DNA of 64,000 bases. Source: an uncultured Gemmatimonadales bacterium (lineage in GTDB: Bacteria > Gemmatimonadota > Gemmatimonadetes > Longimicrobiales > Longimicrobiaceae). This document shows positions 9,388-19,050 of the stretch, one piece after another. Numbering within the stretch: the stretch's first letter is position 1; every line of letters begins with the position of its first letter. Made by a program: the position numbers and the translations under genes. The stretch is taken from assembly GCA_963716255.1 (NCBI GenBank), contig OY970303.1, positions 2,432,001 to 2,496,000 on the forward strand, given 5' to 3'. Below the pieces are notes generated by a model. That model saw nothing but the letters and a program-made list of their open reading frames with translations. It ran no database searches and was not told the DNA's origin.

Positions 9388-11937
9388 CTACCGCCGATAG
9401 AGCGAGTTAAGGAACGGCTTGAACGTCTCGTGCGCCTGGGCCCGGTACTGGGGCCGGAACCCGAACATCACCACCCGCCCCCGCCCCACCTGCGCCTCCA
9501 CCACCGCCGCCTTGCCGGCGATCCGCTCCTCGCCCTGCGCGTACCCGCTCAGGAGTATCCCCCGCTCCGGGTAGCGCGCCACCACCGTGACCCCGCGCGC
9601 CCCCGGAAGCACCTCCAGCACCGGGCTGCGCGCGTAGTTGATGGCCGACTCCTCCGGCATCCCCCACGCCACCGGGTGCGACGTGTCCCAGCGCACCCGC
9701 AGCAGCGACCCCGGCGCGTACCAGCGCTTCACGTCGGCGGTGTCCTGCGCGGCGTTGACGTCGCGCACCTGTACGCCCAGCTCGCGGATCCCGAAGGCCA
9801 CCGCCTCGTCCAGCAGCACCAGCGTCCCCCCCTCCTCCACGAAGCGCTTCAGCGCCGCCGATCCCTCCTCGCCCAGCCCGCCCGCGAAGTCCGGGTGCGC
9901 CCGCCGCGGCCCCTGCATCAGCTCGCGGTACGACTCCGAGGGGATCACGATGGCGTCGTAGCGGGCATTCAGGCCCCCGGCGCGCACCTGCGCGTTGTGC
10001 AGGGTGTCGAAAGGCACCCCCCAGCGCTCGAACACCCAGCGCGTCCAGCCCTCGTCCATGTTGGCGGTCCACGGCTTGTACAGCCCCACCCGGAGCCGCT
10101 CCAGCCGTGTCCCGGCGGCCGGCTCGCCCACACCGACGGCGTCCACGCCCCACTCGCCGCTCCAGCGCGCCACCCGCCCCGGGAGCCCCGCCACCCCGGA
10201 GACCACGGGCGTCCCCGCCGGCCACCTCGCGCCGCCGCCCACCGCCAGGGGCTCGCGGAGGAAGGAGACCCGGCCGCCGTCGCGCAGCGCCTCGTGCACG
10301 GCGCGGTGGGTGGCGTTCATGCGGGGATCCAGCGCGTACGCCGGGCCGGCGGCGGTGACGACCCCGGGGCGCACGCGGATGGAGTCGGCCTTCGCCAGCG
10401 CCTCGGTCGCGAAGGGCTGCGCCACCTCGCGCACCTCCACGCCCATCTGCATCCCCAGGCTCCAGCCGGCCACGTCGTAGGGGACGTCGGGCGGGCCGCC
10501 GGGATAGCGGCGGCGGTCCGGATAGCGCTGCGGCTCCAGCAGGTCCACGACGTGCGCGCGGAAGGGCTGCGCCATCAGGACCACGCGCGTCCCCGCCGGG
10601 TAGGTCTCGCCGCCCGCCGTGAAGGGGACGCGCGCCTCGTGCACCTCCACCCCGCCCTTGCGCAGGGTGCGCAGCAGCTCGGCGGCGGAGCCGGGATCGC
10701 GCTGCTCGGCCGGGAACACGTAGGCGAAGGGACCGCCCCGGCGCCCGGCACGCACCTGCTTCTGGGCCAGCGCGGCCATGTTGCCCACGAAGTCCTCGCG
10801 CTGCCGGCTCACCAGCTTCACAAGCGACTTGGCGGCGATCAGCTCGTATTCCACGATGTCGCGCGGGCGCCACTCTCCGCCCGGCCACGCTTCCGGGAAC
10901 ATGGAGCCCGCCTGCGGCTGCCGCAGCGAGTCCGGCCTCTGGACGACGGGGTCGCCGTAGTTGGCGCTGGCGGCCTCGGACAGGATCCCCACCATGTTGT
11001 GCCGGGCGGGGACGGTGCGGCCGCCGCCGTGCCACCACAGGTCGAAGGTCTCCTGGTGCGACACCCCGGTCTTGCCTGCGGCGGTGAGGTCCAGCGCCAT
11101 CTGCGTTCCCACCACGTTGGTCATGCGGACGATGAGCGGGTCCACGTTGGGGTTGAGCGGGTCGTCGAAGGGCGGGATGAAGAGGCGGGCCCCGCGGTTC
11201 CCCATCTGGTGCACGTCGTAGACGACCTCCGGGAACCAGCGCTCGTACAGCACCCGCGTCACCGCCTCCGTTTCCGGCTGGGTGATCATGAAGAAGTCGC
11301 GGTTGTTGTCGTGCCCCACGTAGTGGTGGTACATCCACGGCATGGGCGCGCCGGACGCCGGGGTCTCGCGGGTGCGAAGCCACCAGTCGCGGGTGATGTC
11401 CAGCCCGTCCGGGTTCATCCCCGGCACCAGCAGCACCACCACGCCCTCCAGCGCCCGGCCCAGCTCCGCGTCGGTGGCCAGGTCGTGCGCCAGCTCCATG
11501 GACATCTGCGTGGCCATGATCTCGTTGCCGTGCAGCGAGGCGCCGATGAACACCACCCCGGGCTGCGCGCGCACCAGCCGGTCGAGCTCGGGCTGCGACA
11601 GGCCGCGCGGGTCGGCGATGCGCGCCTGGGCGCGGCGGATCTGCTCCAGGCGCGCCATGTTGGCGGGGGAGGTGATGGTCGCCAGGATCATGGGGCGCCC
11701 CTCCACCGTCCTCCCGATGGTGTCCACCCGCACCCGCCCCGAGGCGCGGTCCAGCCGCCCGAAGTAGTCCACGATCTGCCTCCACTCGGCCAGCCGCCCC
11801 GACTCGCCGGGGCGGAAGCCGAGGACGCTCTGCGGGGACGGCGCCGCGGCGGCGCGCTGCTGCGCTGCGAGCGGGGACGGGGCCGCCGCGCAGGCCAGCG
11901 CCAGCGCGAGGAGGGGGGGCCGGAAGCGTGCGAGCAT
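9388..11937 (-). CDS. Secreted M14 family zinc carboxypeptidase
   Basis: Signal peptide MLARFRPPLLALALACAAA, HGNE zinc motif, NPDG, DNNRD, DVHQM. Confidence 0.92.
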   Translation of the reverse strand: MLARFRPPLLALALACAAAPSPLAAQQRAAAAPSPQSVLGFRPGESGRLAEWRQIVDYFGRLDRASGRVRVDTIGRTVEGRPMILATITSPANMARLEQIRRAQARIADPRGLSQPELDRLVRAQPGVVFIGASLHGNEIMATQMSMELAHDLATDAELGRALEGVVVLLVPGMNPDGLDITRDWWLRTRETPASGAPMPWMYHHYVGHDNNRDFFMITQPETEAVTRVLYERWFPEVVYDVHQMGNRGARLFIPPFDDPLNPNVDPLIVRMTNVVGTQMALDLTAAGKTGVSHQETFDLWWHGGGRTVPARHNMVGILSEAASANYGDPVVQRPDSLRQPQAGSMFPEAWPGGEWRPRDIVEYELIAAKSLVKLVSRQREDFVGNMAALAQKQVRAGRRGGPFAYVFPAEQRDPGSAAELLRTLRKGGVEVHEARVPFTAGGETYPAGTRVVLMAQPFRAHVVDLLEPQRYPDRRRYPGGPPDVPYDVAGWSLGMQMGVEVREVAQPFATEALAKADSIRVRPGVVTAAGPAYALDPRMNATHRAVHEALRDGGRVSFLREPLAVGGGARWPAGTPVVSGVAGLPGRVARWSGEWGVDAVGVGEPAAGTRLERLRVGLYKPWTANMDEGWTRWVFERWGVPFDTLHNAQVRAGGLNARYDAIVIPSESYRELMQGPRRAHPDFAGGLGEEGSAALKRFVEEGGTLVLLDEAVAFGIRELGVQVRDVNAAQDTADVKRWYAPGSLLRVRWDTSHPVAWGMPEESAINYARSPVLEVLPGARGVTVVARYPERGILLSGYAQGEERIAGKAAVVEAQVGRGRVVMFGFRPQYRAQAHETFKPFLNSLYRR

Positions 11938-12057
11938 GGGATCGTCGCGCTGCGGGAGACGTGCGTTTGTGGGTGCGGACAGAATACGCGCGCGCCCCGC
12001 GGCGCACCAGACAGAAGAACAGGGAACAGGGAACAGGCAGGGAACAGCCTGCAACGG

Positions 12058-12195
12058 CGGCCCTCACCCGGCTCGCTTGAGGCTCGCCACCCTCTCCCAG
12101 TTCTGGGAGAGGGGGCAACGGCAGGATTTCGTGCAGTCGTCCCCTCCCTCGCTTGCGGGGGAGGGGTGGCGCGCAGCGCCGGGGTGGGGGGGGCC
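12058..12195. repeat. Two BoxC-like CCCTCACC...CCCTCTCCC-N-GGGAGAGGG elements (family C)
   Basis: CGGCCCTCACCCGGCTCGCTTGAGGCTCGCCACCCTCTCCCAGTTCTGGGAGAGGGG and an inverted relative; similar copies at ~18920-18980, ~26980-27030, ~54405-54471. Confidence 0.65.
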
Positions 12196-12196
12196 T

Positions 12197-12346
12197 GCGG
12201 ACGCCAGCGCGAGCCCCGCGTGAGGGATTTCGGCCCGAAGGGGCGAGACCGCGCGGCTGTTTGCGCGGGCTCGACTCCGTTACGCAGCGTTGTTTGCTGC
12301 GTTACGGAGCCGAAGCCCGACCCCGGCGCCCGCCGGGGGCACGCCC
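12197..12346 (+). repeat. Structured intergenic repeat family A, copy 1
   Basis: GCGTGAGGGATTTCGGCCCGAAGGGGCGAGACC...GGCTCGACTCCGT...ACGGAGCCGAAGCCCGACCCCGGCGCC.GCCGGGGGCACGCCC. Confidence 0.9.
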
Positions 12347-12366
12347 ATACCCGCCGTAAAGAGTCG

Positions 12367-13143
12367 TCAGATGGGCAGCCGGACCCGGATCAGCGACGGA
12401 TCGGCGTTGGGATCGTAGCGGTCGTGCCAGCGGTCGTGCTCCGCCGAGCACTCCCGGCTCACCTGCAGCTGGTACGCCGCGTCGAAGGGCCGGTCGTCGG
12501 CACGGTCGCGGCACAGGGCGTCCTGGTGCCGGTGGAAGGCGTCGTGCGCCTCGGAGTACGAGCCGTAGCGCGTGTCGCTGTCGCGCCAGGCCCCGCCGTC
12601 GTCGCGGTATACGCCGATGCGGTAGTCGTAGCGATTCCGGCTCCAACCGCAGTTGGCGACGGTGTTGTGCGGGTTCCCCACGCCGTTGCACCACCCCGGG
12701 GGCACGTCGCGGTGCCGGCGGGTGCTCAGGCGGTAGCGCTCATCGCCCCAGCTCCAGGTGCGGTCGGCGCTCCGGCCGTAGGTGCGGTCCCAGCGCACCG
12801 CGGGAGCCGCAGTCTTCCGCGTGGAGGAACGCGCGGTGGTCGTCCGCGTCCTGGTGGTGGAGGAGCGCGCGGTGGCCGCCCGGGCCTGTCCGTTTCCGGT
12901 GGTGCGGACGGTGGTCCCGGAGCGGGCGGCGCGCGAGGACGAGCCGGAGCCCGCCGTCGCCGGGCGCGCCCTGGAGCCCTGGTCCCGCGCCTGCCCCCCT
13001 CCGCCGCCGCGGGCCTGCCCGGAATGCTCCTTCCCCTTGTTGCCGTTTCCGTTCCCCTTGCCCTGGGCGTCCAGCGGACCGGCCGAGAGCGCCGCCAGGA
13101 GCACCGCCGTGGCGGCGAGCGTCGTGAGTCGCGTTCCCTTCAT
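12367..13143 (-). CDS. Secreted hypothetical protein (G/N/K-rich N-terminus, PPGWC motif)
   Basis: ATG at 13143 with GGAGG RBS; signal peptide MKGTRLTTLAATAVLLAALSAGPLDA. Confidence 0.8.
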   Translation of the reverse strand: MKGTRLTTLAATAVLLAALSAGPLDAQGKGNGNGNKGKEHSGQARGGGGGQARDQGSRARPATAGSGSSSRAARSGTTVRTTGNGQARAATARSSTTRTRTTTARSSTRKTAAPAVRWDRTYGRSADRTWSWGDERYRLSTRRHRDVPPGWCNGVGNPHNTVANCGWSRNRYDYRIGVYRDDGGAWRDSDTRYGSYSEAHDAFHRHQDALCRDRADDRPFDAAYQLQVSRECSAEHDRWHDRYDPNADPSLIRVRLPI

Positions 13144-13184
13144 GTGGAGCCTCCTTGCCTGGTGTCGGAATCCGGCCGGGAGGG

Positions 13185-13199
13185 GCAAGGGCGGTGCCA
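13185..13199 (-). promoter_or_regulatory. Putative sigma-54 promoter
   Basis: Minus strand TGGCACCGCCCTTGC fits TGGCAC-N5-TTGC, about 40 bp upstream of the ATG at 13143. Confidence 0.6.
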
Positions 13200-13299
13200 G
13201 GGTGTTTCCCCGCAGGGAGTTGCGCGGGGAGCGGGAGGTGACCCCGGTGGAGGACGGCGGATCGTCCGCCTTGTCATCCCCGCGGGACGCGGCTACCTT

Positions 13300-13495
13300 G
13301 CGTGCTTCATATGCGAAGGGGGCCTTTCGGAAGCCGGTGTGAATCCGGCGCGGCCCCGCCACTGTAAGAGGCCCGGCGCACCGTGCGCCGGTCCGGCCCG
13401 CTCAGCGGAGGACCCGTCCTCCGTCCAAGCCACTGGGAGCCCGCGAGGCGCCCGGGAAGGCGAGCGAAGCTGCCTCGAGCCAGGAGACCGGCCCC
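13300..13495 (+). ncRNA. Cobalamin riboswitch
   Basis: GGAAGCCGGTGTGAATCCGGCGCGGCCCCGCCACTGT...AAGCCACTGGG...GGGAAGGC...GAGCCAGGAGACCGGCC, upstream of B12 uptake genes. Confidence 0.93.
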
Positions 13496-13626
13496 CTCGC
13501 TCCCGCATGCAGCCCCCTCGCGGGAGGGGAGCGGGGTCCGTTCCGGAGCCGTCCGTGTCCCCCGTGGGCCCGCGCGCCCGTTTCGCACCCGTTCCCTCCC
13601 CGAACCCATGGGAAGGACGGGTTTTT

Positions 13627-14580
13627 TTGTCGCTCGCGAACCGGCGCCGCCGCGCCCGGGGAGGCCTCCTCCCCCTGCTGGCCCTCCTGCTTCTCCTCCC
13701 CGCCTGCGGCGGCGGGGACGCCCCCGCGCGCGCCGCAGCCCCTCCCGCGGACAGCGCCGTCACCGTGGTGGACGACGCCGGGCGCACCGTCCGGCTCCCC
13801 CGCCCCGCCCGCCGCGTGGTCTCCCTGATCCCCAGCGCCACGGAGGTGCTGCTGGCGCTGGGCGCCGGCGACCGCCTGGTGGGGCGCACCGACTTCGACC
13901 ACGGCCCGGGGGTGGACTCGCTCCCGTCGGTGGGCGGCGGGATGACGCCCTCCATCGAGGCCGTTGCGGCGCTGCGGCCGGACCTGGTCCTGGGGTGGGA
14001 GACCAAGGGGGACCAGGCCACGCGGCGGCGGCTGGAGGAGCTGGGGATCCCCGTGTTCGCGGTGGAGGTGGACGACACCGTGGGCGTGTTCCGCACCGTC
14101 GCCAGCCTGGGGCGGCTGACGGGGCGCGCTGCCGCCGCGGACTCGCTGGCCGCCGGGCTGCGGCGCGAGCTGGAGGAGGTGCGGGCCTCGGTGGCCGGCA
14201 GGCCCGCGCCCACGGTGTTCTTTTTGGTGTGGAACGACCCGCCCATGACCGCCGGCGCGGAAACCTTCATCTCCCAGGTGCTGGGGGTGGCGGGGGGGCG
14301 CAACGTCTTCGCCGACGTGGCGGGGGAGTGGCCCAACGTGGCGCTGGAGGAGATCGTCCGCCGACAGCCGGACTTCGTGGTGCTCCCGCTGGGGGAGAAG
14401 GGCGGCGCCCACGACGTGGACCGCCTGCGCCGCTCCCCCGGGTGGCGCGAGCTGCGCGCCATGCGCGAGGGGCGCGTCGTCACCATCGACTCCGAGCTGA
14501 TGAACCGCCCCGGCCCCCGGCTGGGCGAGGCCGCGCGGATGCTCCGCGACCGGCTGCACCCGGACGCCGCCCCGCGATGA
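13627..14580 (+). CDS. btuF: Cobalamin ABC transporter substrate-binding lipoprotein
   Basis: TTG start after GGAAGGA; lipobox LPAC; RVVSLIPSATEVL, RPDLVL, NRPGPRL. Confidence 0.85.
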   Translation: MSLANRRRRARGGLLPLLALLLLLPACGGGDAPARAAAPPADSAVTVVDDAGRTVRLPRPARRVVSLIPSATEVLLALGAGDRLVGRTDFDHGPGVDSLPSVGGGMTPSIEAVAALRPDLVLGWETKGDQATRRRLEELGIPVFAVEVDDTVGVFRTVASLGRLTGRAAAADSLAAGLRRELEEVRASVAGRPAPTVFFLVWNDPPMTAGAETFISQVLGVAGGRNVFADVAGEWPNVALEEIVRRQPDFVVLPLGEKGGAHDVDRLRRSPGWRELRAMREGRVVTIDSELMNRPGPRLGEAARMLRDRLHPDAAPR

Positions 14581-15569
14581 GGCCCGCGCTGCGCCTCCTG
14601 CTGCTCGCCGCGGCGCTCGCCGCCGCCCTGCTGCTGGCGGTGCGGGTGGGCGCCGTCCCCCTGACGGCGCGCGAGATCGTGGACGCCGCCGCGTGGGGGA
14701 GCGGCGACCCCACCACGGTCGCCATCGTGCGGCGGCTGCGCCTGCCGCGCTCGCTGCTGGCGGCGCTGGTGGGCGGGGCGCTGGCCGCCAGCGGCGCCGT
14801 CTTCCAGGCGCTGCTCCGCAACCCGCTGGCGGACCCGTACGTGATGGGCGTGGCCGGGGGCGCGGCGGTGGGGGCGGTGGTCGCCGTGGCGGCGGGCGGG
14901 CTGGCCGCCTCCGCGGCGCCGGTGTCCGTGGCCGCCTTCGCCGGGGCGGTGCTCGCGGTGCTGCTGGTGTTCAGGATCGCCGCGTCGGCGGGGCGCGCGC
15001 TGGACACCCGCGTGCTGCTGCTGGCGGGGGTGGTGGCCGGGTCGTTCTTCAACGCCGTCATCCTGCTCACCCTCACCTTCGCGGACGCGGACTCCTTCCG
15101 CTCCGCCATCTTCTGGATGATGGGGAGCTTCGCCGGCGCCACCTGGCGCGGCGACGCGCTCCTGGCCGCGTACCTCGTCCCCGGTCTGGGCCTCCTCCTC
15201 GCCCTGGCGCGCCCCCTCAACCTGCTGTCCGTGGGCGAGGAGACGGCGGCGTACCTGGGGACGCGGGTGGAGCGCACCAAGCTGCTCGCCTACACCGCCG
15301 CCTCGCTGGTGACCGCCGCGGCCGTGGCCGCCTCCGGGGTGATCGGCTTCGTGGGGCTGGTGGTCCCCCACGTGGTGCGCCTGCTGTGGGGCGGCGACCA
15401 CCGCTTCCTCCTCCCCGCCTCGGTGCTGCTGGGCGCCACCTTCGTGGTCCTCGCCGACGCGCTTGCCCGCGTGGCCGCGGCGCCCACCGAGCTGCCGGTG
15501 GGCGTGGTCACGGCGTTCGTGGGAGTTCCGTTCTTCGTGTGGCTGCTGCGGCGGAGATCCGCGGCGTGA
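14577..15569 (+). CDS. btuC: FecCD/BtuC family permease
   Basis: RLPR, QALLRNPLADPY, GVIGFVGLVVPH. Confidence 0.9.
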   Translation: MRPALRLLLLAAALAAALLLAVRVGAVPLTAREIVDAAAWGSGDPTTVAIVRRLRLPRSLLAALVGGALAASGAVFQALLRNPLADPYVMGVAGGAAVGAVVAVAAGGLAASAAPVSVAAFAGAVLAVLLVFRIAASAGRALDTRVLLLAGVVAGSFFNAVILLTLTFADADSFRSAIFWMMGSFAGATWRGDALLAAYLVPGLGLLLALARPLNLLSVGEETAAYLGTRVERTKLLAYTAASLVTAAAVAASGVIGFVGLVVPHVVRLLWGGDHRFLLPASVLLGATFVVLADALARVAAAPTELPVGVVTAFVGVPFFVWLLRRRSAA

Positions 15570-16438
15570 GCGCCTGGAGCTGCGAGGGGGTGACGTTTCG
15601 CTACCCGGGGGCGGCGCGGGCGGCGCTGGACGGGGTGACGCTGGAGATCTCCGCGGGAGCGTGCACCGCGGTGCTGGGGCCCAACGGCTCCGGCAAGAGC
15701 ACGCTGCTGCGGCTGCTGCTGGGAACGCTCGCGCCCACGGCGGGCACGGTGAAGTTCGCGGGGCGGCGGGTGGCGGAGTGGCCGCGGGCGGCGCTGGCGC
15801 GCGAGGTGGGCGCGGTGCCGCAGGAGGAGGAGTCGCCGTTTCCCATGACGGCGCGCGAGCTGGTGGCGATGGGGCGCTACCCGTACCTGGGCGCCTTCCG
15901 GCGCGAGGGCGAGGCCGACCGGCGCGCCATCGCCGGGGCCATGCGCCGCGCCGACGTGGAGGAGCTCGCCGACCGCCCCGTGGGGACGCTCTCCGGCGGG
16001 GAGCGGCAGCGAGCCCGCATCGCCCGCGCGCTGGCGCAGGAGCCGGGGACGCTGGCGCTGGACGAGCCCACCGCCGCGCTCGACGTCGCCCACGAGATGG
16101 CGATCTTCGAGCTGCTGCGCGACCTGGGGCACGCGGGGACCACCGTGCTCCTGGTAACCCACAACCTCAACCTGGCCGCCCGCTACGCGGACCGGCTGGT
16201 GGTGCTGGACCGCGGACGGATCGCCGCCGAGGGGACGCCCCCGGAGGTGCTCACCGCGGAGATGGTGCAGCGGGTGTACCGCTGGCCCGCACGCATCGTG
16301 GCGCACCCGGGCCCGGGCCCGGACACGGGTGCCCCGCAGGTGGTGCCGCTCGCCGCCGGGGCGTGCGGCACGGACACGGACGCGAATCGACAACCCACCG
16401 AGGGCCCACGGGGCCGCAAGGACGAGCCGATACCATGA
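15566..16438 (+). CDS. btuD: ABC transporter ATP-binding protein
   Basis: GPNGSGKST, LSGGERQR, LDEPT. Confidence 0.9.
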   Translation: MSAWSCEGVTFRYPGAARAALDGVTLEISAGACTAVLGPNGSGKSTLLRLLLGTLAPTAGTVKFAGRRVAEWPRAALAREVGAVPQEEESPFPMTARELVAMGRYPYLGAFRREGEADRRAIAGAMRRADVEELADRPVGTLSGGERQRARIARALAQEPGTLALDEPTAALDVAHEMAIFELLRDLGHAGTTVLLVTHNLNLAARYADRLVVLDRGRIAAEGTPPEVLTAEMVQRVYRWPARIVAHPGPGPDTGAPQVVPLAAGACGTDTDANRQPTEGPRGRKDEPIP

Positions 16439-18687
16439 GAACGACAGGAACGCGCGCCGCCGCGCGGGTGGCCGGGGCGCTGGCCGTGGCCGCGGCGCTC
16501 CCCGGCGCCGCCCGGGCGCAGCAGGAGCCGCGCGCCGCGACGCTGGACACGGTGGTTGTGACCACCAAGCGCTACCCGGCGCTGCGCACCGAGCTGCCGC
16601 AGAAGATCGAGGTGATCGGCCGGCGCGACCTGGACCGCACCCCCGCCGACGAGCTGGCCGACGTGCTGAAGAAGCAGGCCGCGCTGGACGTGATCCAGTA
16701 CCCCGGGCTGCTTTCCGGCATCGGCATCCGCGGCTTCCGCCCGGAGTTCAGCGGCATCGCAAAGCATACGCTGCTCCTCGTCGACGGGCGGCCGGCCGGC
16801 GCCACCAACCTGGCCACCCTGGACCTGAACTCCATCGAGCGCATCGAGGTGCTCAAGGGGCCCGCCTCGTCGCTGTATGGCTCCAGCGCCATGGGCGGCG
16901 CCGTCAACCTGATCACCCGCCGCTCCACCGGCGAGCTGGGCGGCAGCGCCTCGCTGGCGTACGGGAGCTGGGAGACGCTGGACCTGTCAGCCCGCGCCGG
17001 CGGCAGCCTCACGAGCCGGCTGGATGCCGACTTCGGCCTCGCGCGCTTCTCGCGCGGCGCCGACTACCGCGTGGGCGAGGGGAACCTGTTCCGCGGCTGG
17101 GTGGGGAGCACCGAGGCCACCAAGCTCCTTTCCCCCACCGAGAGCGAGGCCGTGCCCGAGCGCGGCGACGGCGCGCTGCGGCCCAACACGCGGTACACCT
17201 ACGGCTCCGGCAACGGCCGCCTGGGCTTCCGCCTGGGCGACGCGTTCCGCGTGGACGTGCGCGGCGAGGCCTTCCAGGCCGACGACGCCGAGACCCCCGG
17301 CGACCTGTACGTGGACGGCGACCCCGGGCAGCGCAAGAACCTGGAGCGCAGGAGCGGCGACGTGAGCCTGGCCGGCGCCCGGGGGCGCCACGCCCCGCTG
17401 CTGCGCGCCTACGCCGCGAGCGAGACCACCGACTTCTTCGACACCTACGCCGCGGACCCGTACGTCAGCTTCACCAGCGAGACCGAGACGCGTGGCGTGC
17501 AGCTGCAGGACGTCGCGCGCTTCGGTGCACAGGCGCTCACGGTGGGGGTCGACTACCACTTCGCGGGCGAAACGTCCGGCGTCTTCACGGGCGAGGCGCA
17601 GCCCTCCGCCCCCTACTCCCCGGACGCCGCCACCCGCTCCGCCGCCGCCTTCGCGGAGGCCCGGCTGGCGCTCCCCGGCGGCCGGCTGAGCGGCACCGTG
17701 GGCGGCCGCTTCGACCGGGTGGCGCTGGAGATCCGCGAAACGCCGCTGCGCCCCGACTGGCAGCCGGACGAGGAGACCTTCACCGTCTTCAACCCCAGCG
17801 CCGGGCTCCAGTACGCCGCCGCGCCGGGGCTCCGCCTGCACGGCACCGTGGGCCGCGCCTTCGTCGCCCCCAACGCCTTCGGCCGGGCCGGGCTGTCCGT
17901 GCAGCGCGGCGCCGGCGGCGTCGCCAGCATCACCGTGGGCAACCCGGAGCTGGACCCCGAGAGCTCCGTCACCTGGGACGTGGGCGCGGGCGTGGAGCGC
18001 CGCTCGCTGGGGCTGGACGCCGACCTGACGTACTTCGACACCCGCGTGGAGGACCGCATCAGCTCGGTGCGCGCCAGCTTCCCCGCGGGGGCGCGGCCGG
18101 TCACCGCCGCCGGCGACCCCGTGGGCTCGGTGAGCACCTACGTCAACGCCAACCGGGCGCGCATGACCGGCGTGGAGTGGCGGCTGGGGTGGGACCTGGG
18201 CGCCCTCGCCGCCCGCAGCTATTCCCTGCGCCTGTTCGCCAACGCCACCCACTACCTGGAGCGCGAGGAAACGGCGCGCGGCGTGCAGGTGGACGCCTCG
18301 CGCTTCGCGGGCCGCACCGACTTCCGCCCGGAGGAGGTCGCCGGGGCGCTGGTCTTCGGCGACGACGCCGAGCAGCAGATCCGCAACGTGGCCGGCGCCA
18401 CCGTCAACTACGGCGTGGAGTGGGACGACCTGCGCCGCTTCAGCACCCGCCTCACCGGGCGGTACGTGGGCGGGCGCACCGACCAGGACTTCACCGACTT
18501 CTCGCGCATCTCCGACATCGAGTACCCGGCGTTCATGACGCTGGACCTCGTGTCCACGGTGCGCCTGGCGGACCGGTACGCGCTGTCGGTGCTCGTCGAC
18601 AACCTGACCGACGAGAACTACTACGAGGTGCGGGGCTTCAACCTCCCCGGGCGCGCGGTTCGCCTGCGTCTCACGGCGGATTTCTAA
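16435..18687 (+). CDS. btuB: TonB-dependent receptor, probably for cobalamin
   Basis: TonB box DTVVVT, plug motif IERIEVLKGPASSLYGSSAMGGAVN, C-terminal Phe; in the riboswitch operon. Confidence 0.88.
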   Translation: MRTTGTRAAARVAGALAVAAALPGAARAQQEPRAATLDTVVVTTKRYPALRTELPQKIEVIGRRDLDRTPADELADVLKKQAALDVIQYPGLLSGIGIRGFRPEFSGIAKHTLLLVDGRPAGATNLATLDLNSIERIEVLKGPASSLYGSSAMGGAVNLITRRSTGELGGSASLAYGSWETLDLSARAGGSLTSRLDADFGLARFSRGADYRVGEGNLFRGWVGSTEATKLLSPTESEAVPERGDGALRPNTRYTYGSGNGRLGFRLGDAFRVDVRGEAFQADDAETPGDLYVDGDPGQRKNLERRSGDVSLAGARGRHAPLLRAYAASETTDFFDTYAADPYVSFTSETETRGVQLQDVARFGAQALTVGVDYHFAGETSGVFTGEAQPSAPYSPDAATRSAAAFAEARLALPGGRLSGTVGGRFDRVALEIRETPLRPDWQPDEETFTVFNPSAGLQYAAAPGLRLHGTVGRAFVAPNAFGRAGLSVQRGAGGVASITVGNPELDPESSVTWDVGAGVERRSLGLDADLTYFDTRVEDRISSVRASFPAGARPVTAAGDPVGSVSTYVNANRARMTGVEWRLGWDLGALAARSYSLRLFANATHYLEREETARGVQVDASRFAGRTDFRPEEVAGALVFGDDAEQQIRNVAGATVNYGVEWDDLRRFSTRLTGRYVGGRTDQDFTDFSRISDIEYPAFMTLDLVSTVRLADRYALSVLVDNLTDENYYEVRGFNLPGRAVRLRLTADF

Positions 18688-18720
18688 GGTCTTCGTTCTG
18701 AGGGGCGGTTCCACGGTGTG

Positions 18721-18866
18721 GGGCCGCTCCAGAGCCGGACGATACTGCCGTCCGTCTCTTGCGCGGGTCGCGGAGCCACCGGAAACTGCCCCGGTGTCTC
18801 CGCTCCGGCTACGGGAGCCTCACGCAAACCACCGCGTGAGTCTCCCTTCGCTGCATCTGGGGGAGG
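18721..18866 (+). repeat. Triple-hairpin repeat family B, copy 1
   Basis: GGGCCGCTCC followed by three GAGCC-stem-AAAC/ATAC loop-stem-GTCTC hairpins. Confidence 0.85.
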
Positions 18867-18919
18867 AAACTGCAACAGCGGCCAACAGCTTGCGTCATCG
18901 GCACAGGTGTGTAGGCCGG

Positions 18920-18980
18920 GGCCCCCTCCCCACAGAGTTGGGAGAGGGTGGCGAGCCTCGAGCGAGCCGGGTGAGGGCCG
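18920..18980. repeat. BoxC-like family C element
   Basis: CCCCTCCCCACAGAGTTGGGAGAGGGTGGCGAGCCTCGAGCGAGCCGGGTGAGGGCCG, reverse-complement relative of 12058-12114. Confidence 0.7.
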
Positions 18981-19050
18981 CCGTGACGCCGCACGCTGCG
19001 CGTGCACCGGACGACCACTTTCGCACTCACGCACCTTCGCACTCACGCAC

